Counted from the first letter of the stretch, positions 29,781 to 39,909 are shown. The stretch is DNA of 64,000 nt from Thermodesulfobacteriota bacterium (GCA_034189385.1 JAXHVD010000011.1:32001-96000), one strand, 5' to 3'. The notes: generated by a model from the letters alone, not told the origin. Numbers and translations are program-made.

Positions 29781-30872
29781 TTAACCTGTCTGTTTAATCG
29801 TAATATCTCGTTTGGGATAAGGAATTTCAATACCCTCTTTGTCAAAGCCCTCCTTCACACCGTCTGTCATATAGGATATGGTATCTATCCGCCTTCGGGC
29901 GTCCTTGATCCAGACCCGGAGTTCAAGATCCACAGAAGATTCCCCGAATTGTCTCACCACCACCTTGGGCGGTGGATCTTTCAAGACCCACTCGGCTCTT
30001 CTGGCCACCTCCAGGACGACCGACTTGGCCTTTTTGATGTCCGCATCGTATGAAACACCGATGGGAATTCGAACACGGATATCGGTGGAGATGGTCGTGT
30101 AGTTTACGATGTCGCGTTTCATGACCTCATTGTTTGGGATGACAATGACAATGTTGTCGGTGGTTCTGATCTTGGTGGCCCGAAGCCCTATCTCCATAAC
30201 GTCTCCCCAAGTGGCAGAATTTGTCGGCGCCGACCACACTTCGATGCGATCACCTACTTCAAAGGGTCGATCAATGATGAGTAAGACACCAGCGATAAGG
30301 TTAGATAGGGTATCTTTGGCCGCAAAACCAACGGCAATCCCAGCCACGCCAGCCCCGGCCACAAAAGGCATCACATTGATTCCCAGCACGTCAAGGGCAA
30401 GCAAAATGGCGATGGCATAGATGATCACGCCTGCGAACTTGTCTAGAAGTTCAAAGACAATGTCGTCAATCTTGCTTCGGGTCTTTTTGACAAGACTGGC
30501 CTCAAGATAGGTCAGCACAAGGAGCGTGAATTCCTTCACTGGAACAGCCACAAGGACGATTAGAATTGCATAAAGGATCTTCTCAAGAATAGGTATTTCA
30601 AACAGGTGTATCACATAAACGGCACACAGTAAGACCAAGGCGTACCAAACGGCCTTTTGAGCTAAACCAAAGACCTCGTCGTTGATACGCACGAACTCGT
30701 ATTTTTGTATCTTTTTTCTGGCGGTCTTCAACAGGCGTTTGAAAACAGCCCAGAACAAAAGGGCGCAGAATAGGACGAGGGCAACCTTGGCCAGGAGAAA
30801 AACAAGAGCCTCACCCCTGGCAACGGCACTGGCCTCGATCTGCTGATAGGCATGCTTCAGATAATCAAACAT
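29781..30872 (-). CDS. Small-conductance mechanosensitive channel family protein
   Basis: GIAVGFAAKDTLSNLIAG, PFEVGD, IPN, GIEIPYP; extra N-terminal TMs. Confidence 0.9.
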   Translation of the reverse strand: MFDYLKHAYQQIEASAVARGEALVFLLAKVALVLFCALLFWAVFKRLLKTARKKIQKYEFVRINDEVFGLAQKAVWYALVLLCAVYVIHLFEIPILEKILYAILIVLVAVPVKEFTLLVLTYLEASLVKKTRSKIDDIVFELLDKFAGVIIYAIAILLALDVLGINVMPFVAGAGVAGIAVGFAAKDTLSNLIAGVLLIIDRPFEVGDRIEVWSAPTNSATWGDVMEIGLRATKIRTTDNIVIVIPNNEVMKRDIVNYTTISTDIRVRIPIGVSYDADIKKAKSVVLEVARRAEWVLKDPPPKVVVRQFGESSVDLELRVWIKDARRRIDTISYMTDGVKEGFDKEGIEIPYPKRDITIKQTG

Positions 30873-30940
30873 GTACCAATCCTCCCCTGTCAATGGCTAT
30901 AACACCAACTCTTTTGGAGAGACTCGTCGCAAAAACACCA

Positions 30941-31678
30941 TCATTTACCTTCAAAAAATGCCATGGCCCTTTCTTGAAATAGATCTTTGTGTTCTCCACC
31001 GTGTACCCAATGACGGGCCCCTTCCACAAGCCACAGTTCGGAGTCCTTTATCCCCTGAGCAATCCTTTGGGCATGCCTTGGCTCAGCATACTCGTCTTCC
31101 GTCCCTTGAACAACCAATGTGGGACATTTGATGAGGCCTATCTTGTCTTCAATGGAAAAGGGGTTGAAATTCGGATGAAGCCATCGATCAAACCATGCCA
31201 TTTGGCTGCGGACCTGGGCTGTCTCCTTACCCCCTTTGTGCTGGAGTCGGTTTTCCAGGACGCGCTTTGCCCGAACAAGGCCCTTTAGTGCCTTCTCATC
31301 GGCATAAATGTGTGCCCCCGCACAAACCATAGCCCGGGTTCGCTCAGGGAAGGTGGCTGCAAAAATCAAGGCAATGGTACCGCCGTCGCTAAATGCACAG
31401 AGCAAAATAGGAGTAAGTAAGCCAAGGACATCCAAGAACACTGCCAGATCCTCTATGTCTTCCTGGAAAAAGTCCTCAGAAAAGTGATATCGCGGACTCG
31501 ATCCCCCATAGCCCCGCCTGTTATAGGCGATGACGTGATATCTCCTGGCAAAGTAATCGATACAGTCGCCCCACTCCTCGATGCTTCCTGTTCCGCCGTG
31601 CAACAAGATTAATGGGGTTCCCTTTCCGGCCTCCACGTATTCAATCGTTCCACTTGTTATTGAAACCCTTGGCATCAT
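30941..31678 (-). CDS. Alpha/beta fold hydrolase
   Basis: LLHGG, RRGYGGS, nucleophile elbow AFSDGG, QGTED, catalytic His in GARHWVH. Confidence 0.88.
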   Translation of the reverse strand: MMPRVSITSGTIEYVEAGKGTPLILLHGGTGSIEEWGDCIDYFARRYHVIAYNRRGYGGSSPRYHFSEDFFQEDIEDLAVFLDVLGLLTPILLCAFSDGGTIALIFAATFPERTRAMVCAGAHIYADEKALKGLVRAKRVLENRLQHKGGKETAQVRSQMAWFDRWLHPNFNPFSIEDKIGLIKCPTLVVQGTEDEYAEPRHAQRIAQGIKDSELWLVEGARHWVHGGEHKDLFQERAMAFFEGK

Positions 31679-31783
31679 CTGTTCCTCTCACTTAGAAAAA
31701 TGCCCCAGGATGCAAAAGCCTGTTTATCTCCCTCAGACGCGTCCCGGCTCGTTGATCTCGCCTTGTCGCCGGCCAGCCCTGAC

Positions 31784-33142
31784 TCATCGCCCTTGGCCTT
31801 TTTCATCTTCCAGGATGGTGCTGTGCAGTCTTCGCCACTTTGTGAGTCTTTCCTTGATCGTTTTCTCATATCCCCTGTCTGAGGGGTTATAGAAGGCTTG
31901 ACCCCTGAGTTCTTCCGGCAAATACTCTTGCTGCGTGTAGGCACCTGGAAACTTGTGGGCATACTTGTACCCTTCCCCGTAACCGAGAGTCTTCATCATC
32001 TTTGTTGGTGCGTTTCGTATGTGCAAGGGCACCGGGAGGGTGCCTGTTTCTGCAATGACCCCTTTCACCCTGCCCATGCCCGTATACAGGGCATTGCTCT
32101 TTGGGGCTGTGGCAAGATAGATGGCGGCCTGGGCCAGGGCCAGATCCCCCTCTGGAAGGCCCACAAATTGAAATGCCTGCATAGCCGAAACGGTTACAGA
32201 GAGGGCCCGCGGGTCTGCGTTTCCAATGTCTTCAGAGGCAAATCTGACCATGCGCCTGGCAATGTAGAGGGGATCCTCACCCCCTGCAAGCATGCGAGCC
32301 AACCAGTAAAGGGCGGCATCGGGGTCACTGCCGCGCAGGCTTTTGTGAAATGCCGATATGAGATCATAGTGTTCATCACCACTCTTGTCATAGCGAAGAG
32401 CCTTCCTCTGCAGGGCGGCTTCCACCACGGCCCTAGTAATCTTCCTTCTCTTTACTTGTTTTTCTTGAACAAGAGAGGCTGCTGCCTCCAGATTGTTGAG
32501 TGCTGCGCGAGCGTCTCCATCAGCTGACCAAGCGAGGTACTCTAACGCTTCAGGTTCCACCTGCACAGAGGCTTCTCTTAAACCATTTTTGCTGTCGTTC
32601 AAAGCACGTTTCAAAATGGCCGTCAACTCCCCTACTGAGAACGGTTTCAGGACCATCACCCGTGCCCTTGATAGGAGGGGGGCAATGACCTCGAAAGAGG
32701 GATTCTCGGTCGTAGCCCCGATGAGTGTAATCAACCCGCTTTCCACATGGGGCAAAAAGGCGTCCTGCTGGGCCTTGTTGAACCGATGGATTTCGTCTAC
32801 AAAGAGGACGGTCTTCTTTTGGTGAAAGTGGCGATACGTTGTGGCAGAGTCTATGACCTTGCGGATATCTTTCACGCCAGAGAGAACGGCCGAGAATGTC
32901 TCAAAGTGCGACTTGGTCTCCTTGGCCATGATTCGGGCAAGCGTCGTCTTTCCTGAGCCCGGGGGACCCCAGAGAATGATCGAAAACAGACGATCTTCGT
33001 CTATGGCATGACGAAGCAGGCTCTCTTTGCCAAGGAGGTGACCCTGTCCCACAAAGGCCTCCAGGCTTTGGGGGCGCATTCTATCTGCTAGAGGGGGAAC
33101 GGGGGAGTCGGTCTTTTTTTCAACTTGATCAAAGAGATCCAT
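31784..33142 (-). CDS. rarA: Replication-associated recombination protein A (RarA/MgsA)
   Basis: PLADRMRP, WGPPGSGKTT, DEIHRFNKAQQD, KSLRGSD. Confidence 0.96.
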   Translation of the reverse strand: MDLFDQVEKKTDSPVPPLADRMRPQSLEAFVGQGHLLGKESLLRHAIDEDRLFSIILWGPPGSGKTTLARIMAKETKSHFETFSAVLSGVKDIRKVIDSATTYRHFHQKKTVLFVDEIHRFNKAQQDAFLPHVESGLITLIGATTENPSFEVIAPLLSRARVMVLKPFSVGELTAILKRALNDSKNGLREASVQVEPEALEYLAWSADGDARAALNNLEAAASLVQEKQVKRRKITRAVVEAALQRKALRYDKSGDEHYDLISAFHKSLRGSDPDAALYWLARMLAGGEDPLYIARRMVRFASEDIGNADPRALSVTVSAMQAFQFVGLPEGDLALAQAAIYLATAPKSNALYTGMGRVKGVIAETGTLPVPLHIRNAPTKMMKTLGYGEGYKYAHKFPGAYTQQEYLPEELRGQAFYNPSDRGYEKTIKERLTKWRRLHSTILEDEKGQGR

Positions 33143-33175
33143 TGCTGTGATTCCTGGTTCTTCTCCAAGCTCTTA

Positions 33176-34489
33176 TTACTTCTTTTCCCGCTTTCTAAAT
33201 ATGATCCTTATAGGGGTCCTGTCCAGTCCCAAGGCCTCTCGAAGTTGGTTTATTAGGTATCGCCTGTACGAAAAATGAATGGCCTCAGGATAGTTTAAGA
33301 AACAGACAAACGTGGGTGGAGCCGAAGATGTTTGCGTGACATAGTAAAGCTTCACGCGCCTGCCCCGGTGAGCAGGGGGTTCATGCTGATGGATGATAGC
33401 CTCAAAGACCCGATTCAAATGTCCAGTGCTTACACGGGAGGTATATTGTTCATATACCGGCCTCACCCACTCAAAGATCTTAAGTGTTCGCTGACCTGTG
33501 AGGGCCGAAATGGTCAACACAGGGGCAAAGTTCAGAAACTTGAGTCGACCCCTGACTTGTTCCATATATCCCTTGGCCGTTGTAGCATCCTTTTCAATCA
33601 AATCCCATTTGTTTAAAAGGACGATACAGGCCCGACCTCTTTCAAAGCAGTACCCTGCAATGCGGACATCCTGCTCGGTAACCCCCCTGACGGCATCCAT
33701 CATGACCAATGCAATGTGGCAACGATTCAGGCTTTTCAGGGCCTTTATGACGGAAAACTTCTCCAGCTTTTCTTGGACCCTCTTCTTTCTGCGAATCCCG
33801 GCCGTGTCTATTAAAAGATATTCTTCTCTATTCACCGTGCAGATGGTGTCAATGGCATCCCTGGTAGTTCCCGGCATCTCACTGACCACAAGACGATCGT
33901 CTCCAAGAAGGCAATTGATCAGGGATGATTTTCCCACATTGGGCCTTCCAATGACGGCCAGCCTAATCCGATCTGAAGATGTCTCAACCGTCGTCTGAGG
34001 CAAGACAGCGGTCAAGGCGTCCATGAAATCGATCACACCGTATCGGTGTTCAGCAGAGATGGGGTAAAGTGGCGCCACGCCCAGGACGGAGAAGTCTGAC
34101 AGGGCCGATTCGTGGCTCGGCCCATCGATCTTGTTGACCCCGTAAAACACAGGTTTGCTCGACTGACGAAGCCTTTGAACCAGATCCGTATCAACAGGGG
34201 TGACCCCTTGGCGCCCGTCGAAAAGCATGATAATGGCGTCCGCTTCTTCTATGGCCTGTCCCACCTGGTATCGCACCAGAGGGGCAAACTGCTCTGATTC
34301 GAAGTCGGAAAAGCCACCCGTATCCACCACTGTAAAGGAGACGCCATCCCACTTTGCGTCTCCATATATCCGGTCTCGGGTGACACCAGGCAAGTCATCC
34401 ACTAGGGCCTTTCGCGACCGTGTCATTCGGTTAAAGAGTGTGGACTTCCCCACGTTCGGTCGCCCTACAATGGCAACAATTGGTTTCAT
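33176..34489 (-). CDS. der: Ribosome biogenesis GTPase Der/EngA
   Basis: Two GRPNVGKS G-domains (DTGG, DTAG, NKID, NKWD); start at MKPIVAIVG. Confidence 0.97.
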   Translation of the reverse strand: MKPIVAIVGRPNVGKSTLFNRMTRSRKALVDDLPGVTRDRIYGDAKWDGVSFTVVDTGGFSDFESEQFAPLVRYQVGQAIEEADAIIMLFDGRQGVTPVDTDLVQRLRQSSKPVFYGVNKIDGPSHESALSDFSVLGVAPLYPISAEHRYGVIDFMDALTAVLPQTTVETSSDRIRLAVIGRPNVGKSSLINCLLGDDRLVVSEMPGTTRDAIDTICTVNREEYLLIDTAGIRRKKRVQEKLEKFSVIKALKSLNRCHIALVMMDAVRGVTEQDVRIAGYCFERGRACIVLLNKWDLIEKDATTAKGYMEQVRGRLKFLNFAPVLTISALTGQRTLKIFEWVRPVYEQYTSRVSTGHLNRVFEAIIHQHEPPAHRGRRVKLYYVTQTSSAPPTFVCFLNYPEAIHFSYRRYLINQLREALGLDRTPIRIIFRKREKK

Positions 34490-34629
34490 GCTGTGCATTT
34501 CAGGGTTTGGGTTGGCTGCAAAACGTCTTGGCCTATCGTCTCGGTTATGCAACACATTATTGGAACATGGGGCCAGAATATCCGAATTCTGGCAGAAGGG
34601 CAAGACATGGGCCGAGAAGGGAAATGGGA

Positions 34630-34914
34630 TCAGTCTGAGCGGTCTTTTCGTTTCTTGGCTGCTTCTATGAGCTCAACCAGGTTTGTGACTTTGTCCTTGG
34701 GCGGTTGATTGAAAAGGCGGTCCCACTGGGTCTGAGTCAGGTTTTTTCTAAGATAGGCCTCCACAGGAAAATAGGGGTGCCAACAGATTATAATCCGGGG
34801 ACAGGGGAGATCACCTCCCTCTACTCGACAGTAGGAAAAGGTGACCTCCCCTCCCAGTCTGGGGCACCTGATCTCCAGGTGGTCGTACCTGCAATTTTCG
34901 CCTTGGGTGACCAT
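34630..34914 (-). CDS. Small Cys-rich hypothetical protein
   Basis: 94 aa with CPRLG...YC...PC...CW spacing; co-oriented upstream of der. Confidence 0.7.
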   Translation of the reverse strand: MVTQGENCRYDHLEIRCPRLGGEVTFSYCRVEGGDLPCPRIIICWHPYFPVEAYLRKNLTQTQWDRLFNQPPKDKVTNLVELIEAAKKRKDRSD

Positions 34915-35102
34915 TTCGGATCGTCATCCATGAGCTTCTTAAAAATAGACTGGAGTTAGAAAACCGGCGATCGGTCCAAGGCTTAAGGCGCAAGGGCAAC
35001 TCCTTCATCCTTATGCCCTGCACCGTGAACCTGACGCTGAGTCTGTTTTTAAGTGGTTTTCATGCTTCACGGGACACTAAAGCCTTACTTGTGCCCCCGT
35101 GG

Positions 35103-36464
35103 CTACGGCTTTGGCAGACCCTCTATGGCTTTCAGGGCCCGGGCGATCTCTTCATCGGGCATCTCGTATTTTTGTAGCTTGCCCGAGAGATAGGCATCAT
35201 AGGCTGCCAGATCTACCAGTCCGTGGCCACTCCAATTAAAAAGGATGACCTTCTCTTTTCCTTCTTCCTTAGCACGCTCTGCCTCTTGAACCACGGCTGC
35301 AATGGCGTGGTTGGTCTCTGGGGCTGAGATAAAGCCTTCGCTGCGGGCCCAGTTGACTCCTGCCTCAAAGGTCTGGACCTGATCGTATGCCCTCGCTTCT
35401 ATGATGTCTTCCTTTACCAGATGGCTGATAATGGGTGCCATCCCATGGTACCGGAGCCCCCCTGCGTGGATCGGGGCCGGCACAAAATCATGTCCCAGGG
35501 TATGCATGGCCAGCAGAGGGGTGGTTTGGGCCGTATCTCCGAAATCGTATGCAAAAGGGCCACGGGTCATGGTCGGACAAGAGGTGGGCTCGGCTGCCAC
35601 AATGGAGACCTCCTTGCCATTGATCTTGTCCTGCACAAAGGGGAGACAGAGGCCGGCAAAGTTGCTCCCGCCGCCTGTGCACCCTATGACCACATCGGGA
35701 TATACACCGACCTTTTCAAGCATCTTCTGGGCCTCCAAACCGTTTATTGTCTGATGCAGCAGCACGTGGTTCAGAACGCTTCCCAAAGAATAACGGGCGT
35801 CGGGGTCCATGACAGAGTCTTCAATAGCCTCGCTAATGGCAATGCCCAAACTGCCAGGAGAATCAGGATGCTCGGCCAGGATCTTCCTTCCCGCTTCAGT
35901 CTTGTCGCTCGGGCTGGGAAAACAGTTGGCTCCCCAGACCTGCATCATCATCCCCCTGAAGGGCTTTTGCTGGTAGCTCACCTTGACCATGAATACCCTG
36001 CACTCGAGGCCAAACATCTGACAGGCCATGCTTAGCGCACTACCCCACTGGCCAGCACCGGTTTCTGTGGAAAGCCGCTTTACGCCAAAGGCCTTATTGT
36101 AATAGGCCTGGGCAATAGCAGTGTTGGGCTTGTGGGAGCCAGGGGGGCTTACGCCTTCGTTTTTGTAGTAGATCTTCACAGGGGCATTGAGCAGCTTTTC
36201 GAAGTTACGGGCCCTGCATAGCGGTGTGGGGCGCCACAGAAGGTATTTTTCCAGGACCTCTTCAGGGATGTCGATCCATCGCTCTGTGCTCACTTCCTGT
36301 TCGATGAGGTTCATGGGAAACACGGGCGCAAGGTCATCAGGCCCTACCGGTTGCCCCGTTCCTGGATGGAGCGGAGGGCTCATAGGTGTGGGCATATCAG
36401 CCAAGATGTTGTACCATTGCCTCGGGATCTCACTCTCGTCCAAGAATACCTTCACTTGTTTCAT
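35103..36464 (-). CDS. trpB2: TrpB-like PLP enzyme (TrpB2, stand-alone tryptophan synthase beta)
   Basis: GSHKPN (PLP Lys), [28 protein letters not shown]; no trpA nearby; RBS AAGGAGG. Confidence 0.94.
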   Translation of the reverse strand: MKQVKVFLDESEIPRQWYNILADMPTPMSPPLHPGTGQPVGPDDLAPVFPMNLIEQEVSTERWIDIPEEVLEKYLLWRPTPLCRARNFEKLLNAPVKIYYKNEGVSPPGSHKPNTAIAQAYYNKAFGVKRLSTETGAGQWGSALSMACQMFGLECRVFMVKVSYQQKPFRGMMMQVWGANCFPSPSDKTEAGRKILAEHPDSPGSLGIAISEAIEDSVMDPDARYSLGSVLNHVLLHQTINGLEAQKMLEKVGVYPDVVIGCTGGGSNFAGLCLPFVQDKINGKEVSIVAAEPTSCPTMTRGPFAYDFGDTAQTTPLLAMHTLGHDFVPAPIHAGGLRYHGMAPIISHLVKEDIIEARAYDQVQTFEAGVNWARSEGFISAPETNHAIAAVVQEAERAKEEGKEKVILFNWSGHGLVDLAAYDAYLSGKLQKYEMPDEEIARALKAIEGLPKP

Positions 36465-36489
36465 AGCCTTTCCTCCTTTGACCTATTTC

Positions 36490-36723
36490 AAAAAAAAAGC
36501 CATGGAAAGAACCCATGGCAATTTTGTCCACAAGAGCCATGGGAAGACCCTGCTTGCCCACGACTCCATTCATTCTTTTCAGAACAGACTGTCTGTAGAC
36601 AGGCTCACCATCTCCCCTGTTACGGCCAACAAAAGCCGTTGTGTCTCATACTCAGAAAAACCACCACAACCCACACTTTTGCAGCCTGCAAGCTCGCATA
36701 ACAAAGCCGCAAACTCGTGTCAA
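36490..36723 (-). promoter_or_regulatory. Candidate transcription attenuator upstream of trpB2
   Basis: TTGACA-17-TATGCG promoter; Trp-codon mini-ORFs; alternative hairpins; terminator GCCATGGGTTCTTTCCATGGC plus T9, 26 nt before the ATG. Confidence 0.7.
36620..36649 (-). CDS. Candidate Trp leader peptide MRHNGFCWP
   Basis: ATG AGA CAC AAC GGC TTT TGT TGG CCG TAA lies within the trpB2 leader; no clear RBS. Confidence 0.4.
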   Translation of the reverse strand: MRHNGFCWP

Positions 36724-36748
36724 GGGCAAAAAGCGGCGTGGCCAACCC

Positions 36749-37003
36749 CTACCTGACCTTGGAAACCGTGTCGTGTTCCCGCACCCTTTCTCTGACCTTA
36801 ATGCCAAGGAGGTCTCCCGGCCTTGCCTCCTCCACGGGCTGATTGTCGATCTGCATACTGGTAATGGTCTCCTCAAAATCGGTTGTGTGGCCCTTGAAAT
36901 GGACCACGTCCCCAACCCTGAGAACACCGGCAGTGATTTCAACGGCTGCAACACTGGGCTTGGCAAAGAACTTTTGCACCTTTCCGACCTTTTCTTCTTC
37001 CAT
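36749..37003 (-). CDS. Small 'translation elongation factor-like' beta-barrel protein (resembles the U32 peptidase C-terminal domain)
   Basis: VGKV..FF.KPSVA...GD...KGHTTDF...SMQ...GIKV..RVR..D.V; RBS GGGGGTG. Confidence 0.8.
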   Translation of the reverse strand: MEEEKVGKVQKFFAKPSVAAVEITAGVLRVGDVVHFKGHTTDFEETITSMQIDNQPVEEARPGDLLGIKVRERVREHDTVSKVR

Positions 37004-37264
37004 TTCACACCCCCTGGTGACAGGTTGAGGTTGATCAAGAGTTCAGGCCGATTTGGCGACTCCTTGACAGCAGAGCGGCCGCAGATTTTGCGTGCCTGTA
37101 TACACCTAACTCATTTACAAAGCAACCGCCTTCTGCTAGAACCCGCACATTTGCACGAGGAGATGGGCACCCATCTTTCTACCTTCTGTCCGCCCATGGG
37201 ACAAGGCACTGTCAACTCGACAACCGAAAACACGGGCGGGGCTAGGTGCTCGGGTGGTGTACGA

Positions 37265-39625
37265 ATGAAGTCTTCCACAGCCTTTGACGGTGGCCGAGGA
37301 CTATTTCCTCGGCTTGCCAGAATCTGGACCTTGAAAAGTCTACCTCATATCTGGGCCAAGCAGTCCAGAAACCATTTGTCGGCTCTTCTCGTTGTGTGCC
37401 TTCTGATCCTTCCGGCCTGTGCGCCAGCCCCTGTCCCCAAGAGGGAGTGGGTGCCTGTTTCACCGGAAATCACCATAGCGTTGGAGTCCTTTGAAAGGGC
37501 TGAGCGCCTTTTTCAGGAGAAGGCTTACTTAAAGGCACTGGCCATCTACGAAGACTACCTTGCAGAATCCTCCCGGGGACCGCTGGCGGACGCTGCCTGG
37601 ATGAAGATAGGTCTCATCTATATGGCCATGGAGAGGTATCCACAATCGCGAAAGGCTTTTCAGACCCTTCTCTCTGAGTACGCAGACAGTCCCTTTGTAG
37701 AAGACACCAGGTTCAATGTCATGCTCACCTACTACAAAGAAGGGGACTACAAATCAGCTGCCCGGTTCGCTAGATCTGCCTTGGGGTCTGCAAAGACCAC
37801 TCGCCAAAAATTTCGTATCAACTATCTTCTGGGTTACACGTACAGCGCCAGCAGACACTTCAAGTATGCCATCACCAGTTTCATGGAGGCCTATCACCTT
37901 ACCTCCTTGCAAGGGCGCAAGGAAATCCTGAGCAGCGTGAAGAAAATTATCCCCTACCTGAAAGAGGGGGAACTGACCTCCCTGCTTCAGCTTTTTGGGA
38001 ACAGGGTCCCTGGCGGCTATTTGCGCCTTCAACTGGCAAAGAAATATGTGTCCCAAGATCGCATTGACCCAGCCATCAACGTTCTATCTGATTTTATCCG
38101 TCTATTTCCCGATCATGATGAGATGGCGACTGCCTTAGCCCTGATGGAAGAATTGAAGTCTGCAGCCATGGTGGATCGTTTCCTGATCGGTTGTGTACTT
38201 CCCCTCACTGGACCCTACGGGACCTTTGGAACCCGTGCGCTCACGGGCATTGAGCTTGCCCTTCATCAGTTCAATAGCCAACCCCATGTCCACCCTATAG
38301 ATTTGGTCATCAGGGATTCAAAGGGAGATCCCAAGGAGGCCTCAAGGGCTGTGGAGTCCCTGACCCTAACCGATAAGGTGACCGCCATCATCGGGCCTAT
38401 GATCACGTCAGAATCAGCGGCAATGAAGGCGCAGGAGTTAAAGGTTCCTATTCTGACCTTAACTCAAAAGCCAAATATAACGGAAACAGGAGACTTTGTA
38501 TTTCGAGACTTTGTCACGCTCTCTTTGCAGGTCAAGGCTATTGTAGACTATGCAGTGGATGACCTGGGACTTCAGAGATTTGCCATCCTGTATCCTGATG
38601 AACCCTACGGCGTCTCCTTCATGAACAAGTTCTGGGATGAGCTGATGAGCCGTGGTGCTGAGGTGACAGCCATTGAATCTTACGGGCCAGAGCAGACCGA
38701 TTTCGGGGATCCTGTTAAGCGACTAGTGGGCCTCTATTATCCCAGGCCCGAAATGACGGAAGAAGAGATGCTGGCAGAAGAGGAAGCCTGGACACTGTTT
38801 GCAGCACCAGGCGAAGATGAAACAGCGTGGCTTGATATTGAACAACCACTTGAATTTATGATTAATATGGCCGACAAAGAGAGTTTGTCCGATGAATACG
38901 ATGAATACGCCGAACATGACCAGTACAACGAATACGGCCCTCACCCCGAACACGACGACAACCGAACGGTCAACGGGGCCGCAGAAGAAGAGCCGGTGTC
39001 CCCAGCACCTGAACAGATAGTCGATGTTGAGGTGACCACCATCCTTGATGGTTATGAACTTGACCTGGAAGAGCCCCTTGATTTTTTCTATGACACAGAC
39101 GCCGACAAAAAAGAGCCACCGCCAAAGGAGCGGGAGGGTCCCCAGCCAATTATTGACTTCGAGGCCATTTTCATCCCAGAAAGTTACGAGAAGGTCGCCC
39201 TCATTGCGCCCCAGTTTTTGTATAATGATGTGTCCGGTGTCCTACTCCTTGGGACCAATTTATGGCATTCGGACAAGCTCGTAGAAATGGCTCGCGGTCA
39301 TGTCCAGGGAGCTGTGGTGCCGGACGGTTTTTTTGTGGATAGCCCTTCAGTTACGGCGCGAGAGTTCGTAGAGGGCTACAAGGAGGTTTTTGGCGGTCCC
39401 CCGGCATTCTTGGAGGCCCAAGCCTATGATGCGGCCTGGATTCTCTTTCAAGCGGTCAACCACCCTCGGGTCTGGTCCCGGAAGAGTGTAAAGAAAGCCC
39501 TAATGGAAATTCTTGATTTTCAAGGTGTTACAGGCGTCACCACCTTTGATGAAACCGGAGACGTGGTAAAAGACTTGTACCTTCTCAAGATAGAAGGGCG
39601 TCGTTTCGTCCAGATAAAGCCATGA
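37265..39625 (+). CDS. LpoA-like lipoprotein (TPR repeats plus periplasmic-binding-protein fold) with acidic insertion
   Basis: Lipobox LPAC, TPR-like helices, IGCVLPLTG, AILYP...YG, FEAIFIP, EAQAYDA; start uncertain (37265 or 37331). Confidence 0.8.
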   Translation: MKSSTAFDGGRGLFPRLARIWTLKSLPHIWAKQSRNHLSALLVVCLLILPACAPAPVPKREWVPVSPEITIALESFERAERLFQEKAYLKALAIYEDYLAESSRGPLADAAWMKIGLIYMAMERYPQSRKAFQTLLSEYADSPFVEDTRFNVMLTYYKEGDYKSAARFARSALGSAKTTRQKFRINYLLGYTYSASRHFKYAITSFMEAYHLTSLQGRKEILSSVKKIIPYLKEGELTSLLQLFGNRVPGGYLRLQLAKKYVSQDRIDPAINVLSDFIRLFPDHDEMATALALMEELKSAAMVDRFLIGCVLPLTGPYGTFGTRALTGIELALHQFNSQPHVHPIDLVIRDSKGDPKEASRAVESLTLTDKVTAIIGPMITSESAAMKAQELKVPILTLTQKPNITETGDFVFRDFVTLSLQVKAIVDYAVDDLGLQRFAILYPDEPYGVSFMNKFWDELMSRGAEVTAIESYGPEQTDFGDPVKRLVGLYYPRPEMTEEEMLAEEEAWTLFAAPGEDETAWLDIEQPLEFMINMADKESLSDEYDEYAEHDQYNEYGPHPEHDDNRTVNGAAEEEPVSPAPEQIVDVEVTTILDGYELDLEEPLDFFYDTDADKKEPPPKEREGPQPIIDFEAIFIPESYEKVALIAPQFLYNDVSGVLLLGTNLWHSDKLVEMARGHVQGAVVPDGFFVDSPSVTAREFVEGYKEVFGGPPAFLEAQAYDAAWILFQAVNHPRVWSRKSVKKALMEILDFQGVTGVTTFDETGDVVKDLYLLKIEGRRFVQIKP

Positions 39626-39701
39626 ACGATCCACGCCTCGAGGACCGCGCGTTGGGGAAACATCTCGCAAGGGTGTGTGGGGGGCACAAGGCCACGAGTG
39701 A

Positions 39702-39909
39702 CTAAAATGCCTAGAGTTTGAAGTGCCTAAAGTGGTGGTTCCCCTTCGGCAGGTCGGTTTTGAAAGACTCGGCCAAGTCCGAATCTGGTAATCATCACTT
39801 ACTCACGTTTGCGCCTGCGGCTTCAAAAGAGGCGCGCCCCTCGTTTTCGCTTGGGATGTGAATTGAAAAAAGACAGGGTACGGCAACTTTAGACACTCTA
39901 GGCACTTAG
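39702..39909. repeat. ~210-bp element with imperfect terminal inverted repeats built from GTGCCTA(A/G)A-type units
   Basis: Left arm CTAAAATGCCTAGAGT-TTGA-AGTGCCTAAAGT; right arm reverse complement CTAAGTGCCTAGAGTGTCTAAAGT. Confidence 0.6.

Noticed and set aside
36490..36720. T-box riboswitch upstream of trpB2
   Set aside because: No T-box consensus (GGTGGNACCGCG-like) in the antiterminator region; a leader-peptide attenuator fits better.
36641..37264. N-terminal ~208 aa of the 994-aa ORF call
   Set aside because: It overlaps the real minus-strand 84-aa gene and the trpB2 leader; the lipobox shows the true start is near 37265-37331.
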